Assembly: GCF_013177435.1 (NCBI RefSeq) | Contig: NZ_CP053627.1 | Coordinates: forward strand, 120,001 to 152,000 | DNA length: 32,000 nt | DNA from: Xylella taiwanensis | GTDB taxonomy: Bacteria > Pseudomonadota > Gammaproteobacteria > Xanthomonadales > Xanthomonadaceae | Direction: 5' to 3' | Part shown: in pieces, positions 28,119-32,000 of the stretch | Layout: each line of letters starts with the position of its first letter | Position numbering within the stretch: the stretch's first letter is position 1 | Position numbers and translations under genes: made by a program | The notes under the pieces: generated by a model | What the model was told of the DNA's origin: nothing | Seen by the model: the letters and a program-made list of their open reading frames with translations, nothing else | Database searches by the model: none

Positions 28119-29225
28119 TCATTCCAGTGCTGCACAAGGGAGCAGGGGCAACGTGTCACCCGCCACTGCAGCCGCGATCACCGCGTCACTGCCAGAGACG
28201 TCGATGCCGTGTGCCGCGTACCAGGCTGGGGCATAGTAGCTGTGCGCGTAACGTTCACCTCCATCGCACAGAATGGTGACGATCGAACCTTTGATGCCTG
28301 CAGCTCGCATGCATGCCGCGGTTTGCAGTACACCGACCATATTGGTGCCCGTGGAACCACCCACACGTCGACCTAAGCGGGCACTGACATAGCGCATTGC
28401 CGCCAAGCTCAGCGCGTCGGGCACCTTGACCATCGCGTCGATACAGCTGTGGATGAAGCTTGGTTCCATGCGTGGTCGACCGATGCCTTCCACGCGAGAC
28501 CCTGCGGTGTCGACCAAGTTGTACTCGTGACCGCGTCCCTCGCATGCGGCACGGTAGTGATCGAAGAACACCGAAATCTCCGGATCTGCGCACAGGATAC
28601 GGGTGACGTGACGGCGGTAGCGCACGTAGCGGCCAAGGGTTGCTGCAGTGCCGCCCGTGCCCGGACTACACACAATCCACGCGGGGATCGGGTGTGGCTC
28701 ATCGGCCATCTGTTTGAAGATCGATTCAGCGATATTGTTATTGGCACGCCAGTCAGTTGCACGTTCGGCGTACGTGAACTGGTCCATGAAATGGCCGCCT
28801 GTCTCACACGCGAGCTGATGTGCAGCATCATGCAAGTCGCAGGCACGTGTGACCGGGTGGCAGCGTCCCCCGTGAAACTCGATCGCAGCCACCTTCTCCG
28901 GCGAGGTCGACGTCGGGATCACCGCAATGAAGGGAAGACCCAACAACCGTGCGAAATAAGCCTCGGATACGGCCGTTGAACCGCTAGATGCTTCAATCAC
29001 CGGCCGTCCCTGATGCAACCACCCGTTGGTCAGTGCATACAAGAACAGTGAGCGTGCCAATCGATGCTTGAGGCTTCCGGTGGGGTGGATAGATTCGTCC
29101 TTGAGATAGAAATCAATATCCGGAAAACCAGGCAGCTTCAACGGGATCAGATGAGTATCGACTGAGCGGTTGAAATCAGCTTCGAGCTTACAGATGGCGG
29201 ATGCTACCCATTCGCGCTGCGACAT
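28119..29225 (-). CDS. PLP-dependent cysteine synthase/CBS-family (fold type II) enzyme, substrate unknown
   Basis: 368 aa counted from ATG 29225 (MSQREW...). The putative PLP-lysine context is PTGSLKHR. It has a glycine-rich phosphate loop (SPGTGGTAATLG) and a tryptophan-synthase-beta-like fold pattern. Confidence 0.85.
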   Translation of the reverse strand: MSQREWVASAICKLEADFNRSVDTHLIPLKLPGFPDIDFYLKDESIHPTGSLKHRLARSLFLYALTNGWLHQGRPVIEASSGSTAVSEAYFARLLGLPFIAVIPTSTSPEKVAAIEFHGGRCHPVTRACDLHDAAHQLACETGGHFMDQFTYAERATDWRANNNIAESIFKQMADEPHPIPAWIVCSPGTGGTAATLGRYVRYRRHVTRILCADPEISVFFDHYRAACEGRGHEYNLVDTAGSRVEGIGRPRMEPSFIHSCIDAMVKVPDALSLAAMRYVSARLGRRVGGSTGTNMVGVLQTAACMRAAGIKGSIVTILCDGGERYAHSYYAPAWYAAHGIDVSGSDAVIAAAVAGDTLPLLPCAALE

Positions 29226-29615
29226 AAGAGAGCAACAGTGAGAGAAAGCGCCGATTCTACCCACCGACCTTGCGCCATCCGAGTACACATTGGGTGTTTT
29301 GCGACGTGCTATTTTTTCTGGCGTACTCAACCCGATCCAACATTCATCGAGACATCATCTGGAGGATCTATCACCAGCGTACATCTGGTGGCCTTCGCTA
29401 CCCGGCGTGTTGGGGACATGTCCCTGAACGATGCCCATAGGGTGCCCTTCCTGACCGGCAGTGACCATCACATGGAAGCACATCCTTATGATCCATATCA
29501 GTCTCTGCCTATTTCATATAAGCGGCATGACATGCTTGGAAAAACGTGCTGCATGGTGACCTCTAGCGGTGTGAATATTGGCCTGGCGTCGCCGTATACT
29601 GACCAGACCTCACGT

Positions 29616-30008
29616 GTGCGTCGTGTCCCCTTGTCATCTCTGCTCCTACGTCTGCTGATCAGCCTTTGCTTGATGGCTCACGCGTGCGTGAGTGCTTGGG
29701 CGTCGGTCGGTATGATCCAAACGGTCGCCCGACCTTCGATGCATGTCGCAGTAGTGAACCAGTCCTGTCACGATGTGGGCGTTTCCGGCGTCCGGAGTGC
29801 AGCACACGTCGGTCATGGGAGACCAACTCCCCCAACCCCATGCGGCAAGATCGGTCATTGTGATTGCTTGCAGCACAGCGCCGCTCTGTTGCTTCCAATC
29901 CTGATGCTGCCGGTATCGTTGGGGCGGCGTGCGGTGCCGCTTGCCGGAGTGCCTACTGGCCAGGGACTCCCTGTGCCGTATTGCCCCCTGCGACCTCCGA
30001 TTGCCTGA
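29616..30008 (+). CDS. copL: CopL-like small Cys/His protein upstream of copA (start uncertain)
   Basis: This is the C-terminal 130 codons of ORF 29238-30008, taken from GTG 29616. It has a signal-like N-terminus (VRRVPLSSLLLRLLISLCLMAHACVSAWA) and Cys/His motifs (SCHD, GHCDCLQH). It occupies the position of copL in Xanthomonas cop clusters. I could not verify family membership. Confidence 0.45.
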   Translation: MRRVPLSSLLLRLLISLCLMAHACVSAWASVGMIQTVARPSMHVAVVNQSCHDVGVSGVRSAAHVGHGRPTPPTPCGKIGHCDCLQHSAALLLPILMLPVSLGRRAVPLAGVPTGQGLPVPYCPLRPPIA

Positions 30009-30110
30009 GAGCCTTAGGGACGTTGCGCGTCCCACATATCTATCTCTTCCGCATCACAGTTTCTTGCCTGCTATCGTCCCGTCGCCAAAGCGCCGGACAT
30101 GGGAGTCACT

Positions 30111-31934
30111 ATGAACACTTTTCCCTTGCCTTCGCAGAGAGGCATTGACCGGCGCCGCTTCGTACAAGGCTTGGCGCTGGGAGGCGTGGTGGCCAGCACC
30201 GGCTTATTGCGTATTCCGGTGCAGGCAGCCAACCCGGCGCCAACACGCCTTGAGCTACGCACCAGTAGCCTGGAACTGCGCATCGGCCAGTCCAGCGTTA
30301 ATTTCACCGGACGTATTCGCCCGGCGATCACCGTCAATGACAGCCTGCCGGCACCGCTGTTGCGTTGGCGCCAAGGCGATACGGTCCAGATACGGGTTAC
30401 CAACACCTTGCCCGATGCCATGACTTCGATCCATTGGCACGGCATTGTCCTGCCATCCAACATGGATGGTGTACCGGGCCTGAGTTTCGACGGCATTGCC
30501 CCAGGGGAGCACTATTTGTACCGCTTTGATGTGCGCCAGTGTGGTACCTACTGGTACCACAGCCACTCGATGTTCCAAGAACAGGCAGGCCTGTATGGTG
30601 CGTTGATTATCGATCCTCTGGAACCGCCGCCCTACCGCGCCGACCGCGAGTATGTACTCCTGTTCTCAGATTGGACTGACATGGAGCCTGCCGCACTGTT
30701 TCGCCGGCTCAAAAAAATGTCTGCTTACGACAACACTTACCAGCGGACGATCGGCGACTTCTTGCACGACATACGTCGTGATGGCCTGCGCGCCACCCTG
30801 GCTGACCGCAGCATGTGGGGGAGGATGCGAATGACTCCGACAGACCTGTCCGATGTCAATGCCCATACCTATACCTACTTGCTGAACGGTATGACGCCAG
30901 CCGGCGGCTGGACCGGAGTGTTCCGTCCTGGCGAAAAAGTGCTATTGCGGCTGATCAATGGTGCGGCAATGACCTATTTCGACGTCCGTATTCCAGGCCT
31001 CAAGCTGACCGTCGTTGCGGTGGATGGTCAGTACGTACATCCGGTGACCGTGGACGAATTACGTATTGCCCTGGCCGAAACCTACGACGTGCTGATCGAA
31101 CCGCACGGCCAGGATGCATTCTCGATCTTCGCCCAAGACATGGGACGTACCGGATACGCCTGTGGCACCCTCGCGGTGCGTACCGGCTTGCATGTGCCGC
31201 CGCCGGCGCTGGACCCGCGCCCGCGCCTAACCATGCAAGACATGGGTCACGGGATGTCGCATGGTCTGCATGGCGGTAGCGCACATGAGATGACGGACAT
31301 GCCAGGGATGGCCCATCCTGGTACACATGGTGAGCATGCCAACCACACCAGCATGCTTCCTGATCAGGCCATCCCTCATGTTTCACATGGCGTCCTGGCG
31401 GACAGAGCAGCGCCGCGGCATCCTGCCAGTGAACGTCACAATCCGTTGGTGGACATGCGAGTGGACGCCCCGCAGCCGCGGCTGAATGATCCCGGCATTG
31501 GCCTGCGCGACAATGGCCGCCACGTGTTGACATATGCCGATCTGCACAGCCTGTTTGATGATCCGGATGGACGTGAACCCGGGCGTGAGATCGAATTACA
31601 TCTCACTGGCCACATGGAGAAGTTCGCCTGGTCGTTCGACGGTATCCCATTCGCCTCCTCCGCACCATTACGACTCAACTACGGTGAACGTGTACGCATC
31701 GTGTTAGTCAACGACACGATGATGGCGCACCCCATTCACCTGCATGGCTTATGGAGTGACTTGGAGGACGCCACCGGCGCGTTCCAGGTACGCAAGCACA
31801 CGATCGACATGCCGCCAGGCACACGCCGCAGCTACCGCGTGCGTGCGGATGCGCTGGGGCGCTGGGCCTACCACTGCCACCTGCTGTACCACATGGAAAG
31901 CGGCATGATGCGTGAAGTGCAGGTGCTCCCATGA
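30111..31934 (+). CDS. copA: Multicopper oxidase CopA (copper resistance)
   Basis: 607 aa counted from ATG 30111, with GGGAG 5 nt upstream. The twin-arginine signal is QRGIDRRRFVQGLALGG. Copper-ligand motifs are HWHG, YWYHSH, HPIHLHG and HCHLLYHM. It has a Met/His-rich central loop. Confidence 0.92.
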   Translation: MNTFPLPSQRGIDRRRFVQGLALGGVVASTGLLRIPVQAANPAPTRLELRTSSLELRIGQSSVNFTGRIRPAITVNDSLPAPLLRWRQGDTVQIRVTNTLPDAMTSIHWHGIVLPSNMDGVPGLSFDGIAPGEHYLYRFDVRQCGTYWYHSHSMFQEQAGLYGALIIDPLEPPPYRADREYVLLFSDWTDMEPAALFRRLKKMSAYDNTYQRTIGDFLHDIRRDGLRATLADRSMWGRMRMTPTDLSDVNAHTYTYLLNGMTPAGGWTGVFRPGEKVLLRLINGAAMTYFDVRIPGLKLTVVAVDGQYVHPVTVDELRIALAETYDVLIEPHGQDAFSIFAQDMGRTGYACGTLAVRTGLHVPPPALDPRPRLTMQDMGHGMSHGLHGGSAHEMTDMPGMAHPGTHGEHANHTSMLPDQAIPHVSHGVLADRAAPRHPASERHNPLVDMRVDAPQPRLNDPGIGLRDNGRHVLTYADLHSLFDDPDGREPGREIELHLTGHMEKFAWSFDGIPFASSAPLRLNYGERVRIVLVNDTMMAHPIHLHGLWSDLEDATGAFQVRKHTIDMPPGTRRSYRVRADALGRWAYHCHLLYHMESGMMREVQVLP

Positions 31935-32000
31935 ACCCCCGTACTTTGTTCGCCTTCGTGTTCGGTGGTCTGCTTGCTGCACCGCTACAAGCACAGCCGC
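31931..32000 (+). CDS. copB: Copper resistance protein CopB, 5' end only (truncated by window edge)
   Basis: ATG 31931 overlaps the copA stop (ATGA). It encodes a signal-peptide-like start, MNPRTLFAFVFGGLLAAPLQAQP. The call rests on position after copA, since only 23 codons are visible. Confidence 0.5.
   Translation, partial: MNPRTLFAFVFGGLLAAPLQAQP

Noticed and set aside
28449-28979. 176-aa plus-strand ORF
   Set aside because: It is antisense to the PLP-dependent enzyme gene, so it is a shadow ORF.
31000-31533. 177-aa minus-strand ORF and the 154-aa plus-strand ORF at 30815-31279
   Set aside because: Both overlap copA in antisense or alternative frames. Their composition is rich in Arg, Pro, Gly and Ala, typical of off-frame translation of a G+C-rich gene.
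1-32000. CRISPR arrays, intact IS elements or transposases, integrases, prophage genes and known defence-system genes
   Set aside because: I looked for regularly spaced direct repeats, terminal inverted repeats flanking ORFs, and hallmark motifs (DDE, tyrosine recombinase R..H..Y, RT YxDD, nuclease/ATPase pairs). None was found.

Overview
This is a chromosomal, mostly housekeeping window from a Xanthomonadaceae-type gammaproteobacterium. The taxon is inferred from protein sequences, from gene order (rpsP-rimM-trmD-rplS / map-glnD-dapD-arsC-dapE / asnB / lexA-recA-(recX)-alaS-csrA-tRNA-Ser / prlC / copL-copA-copB) and from moderate G+C judged by eye, which looks Xylella-like rather than Xanthomonas-like. 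I can support 19 complete CDSs, one CDS truncated by the window end, and one tRNA-Ser(GCU). I found no CRISPR array, no intact IS, prophage or integrase, and no recognisable multi-gene defence, secretion or toxin system. The main feature is gene decay. glnD is a multi-lesion pseudogene. recX survives only as frameshifted, stop-interrupted fragments between recA and alaS. About 7 kb (1-2893, 14873-16358, 17391-19253, 25036-26035) has no credible gene. Three leads could be undescribed biology. (i) The lexA control region has an 8-bp-arm palindrome abutting the ATG, no Shine-Dalgarno (SD) sequence, a promoter-like geometry implying a leaderless mRNA, and a spacer 3 nt longer than the LexA box I recall for this family. 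(ii) The AT-rich ORF-free kilobase beside tRNA-Ser holds a perfect 9-bp palindrome, a thrice-repeated CGAATAC heptamer and two convergent, antisense-overlapping, AGGAGG-preceded mini-ORFs. (iii) The 1.9-kb desert upstream of lexA contains two exact decamers repeated in swapped order. All three are low to moderate confidence and need database and transcriptome checks that I cannot run. I did not find a convincing novel multi-gene system.
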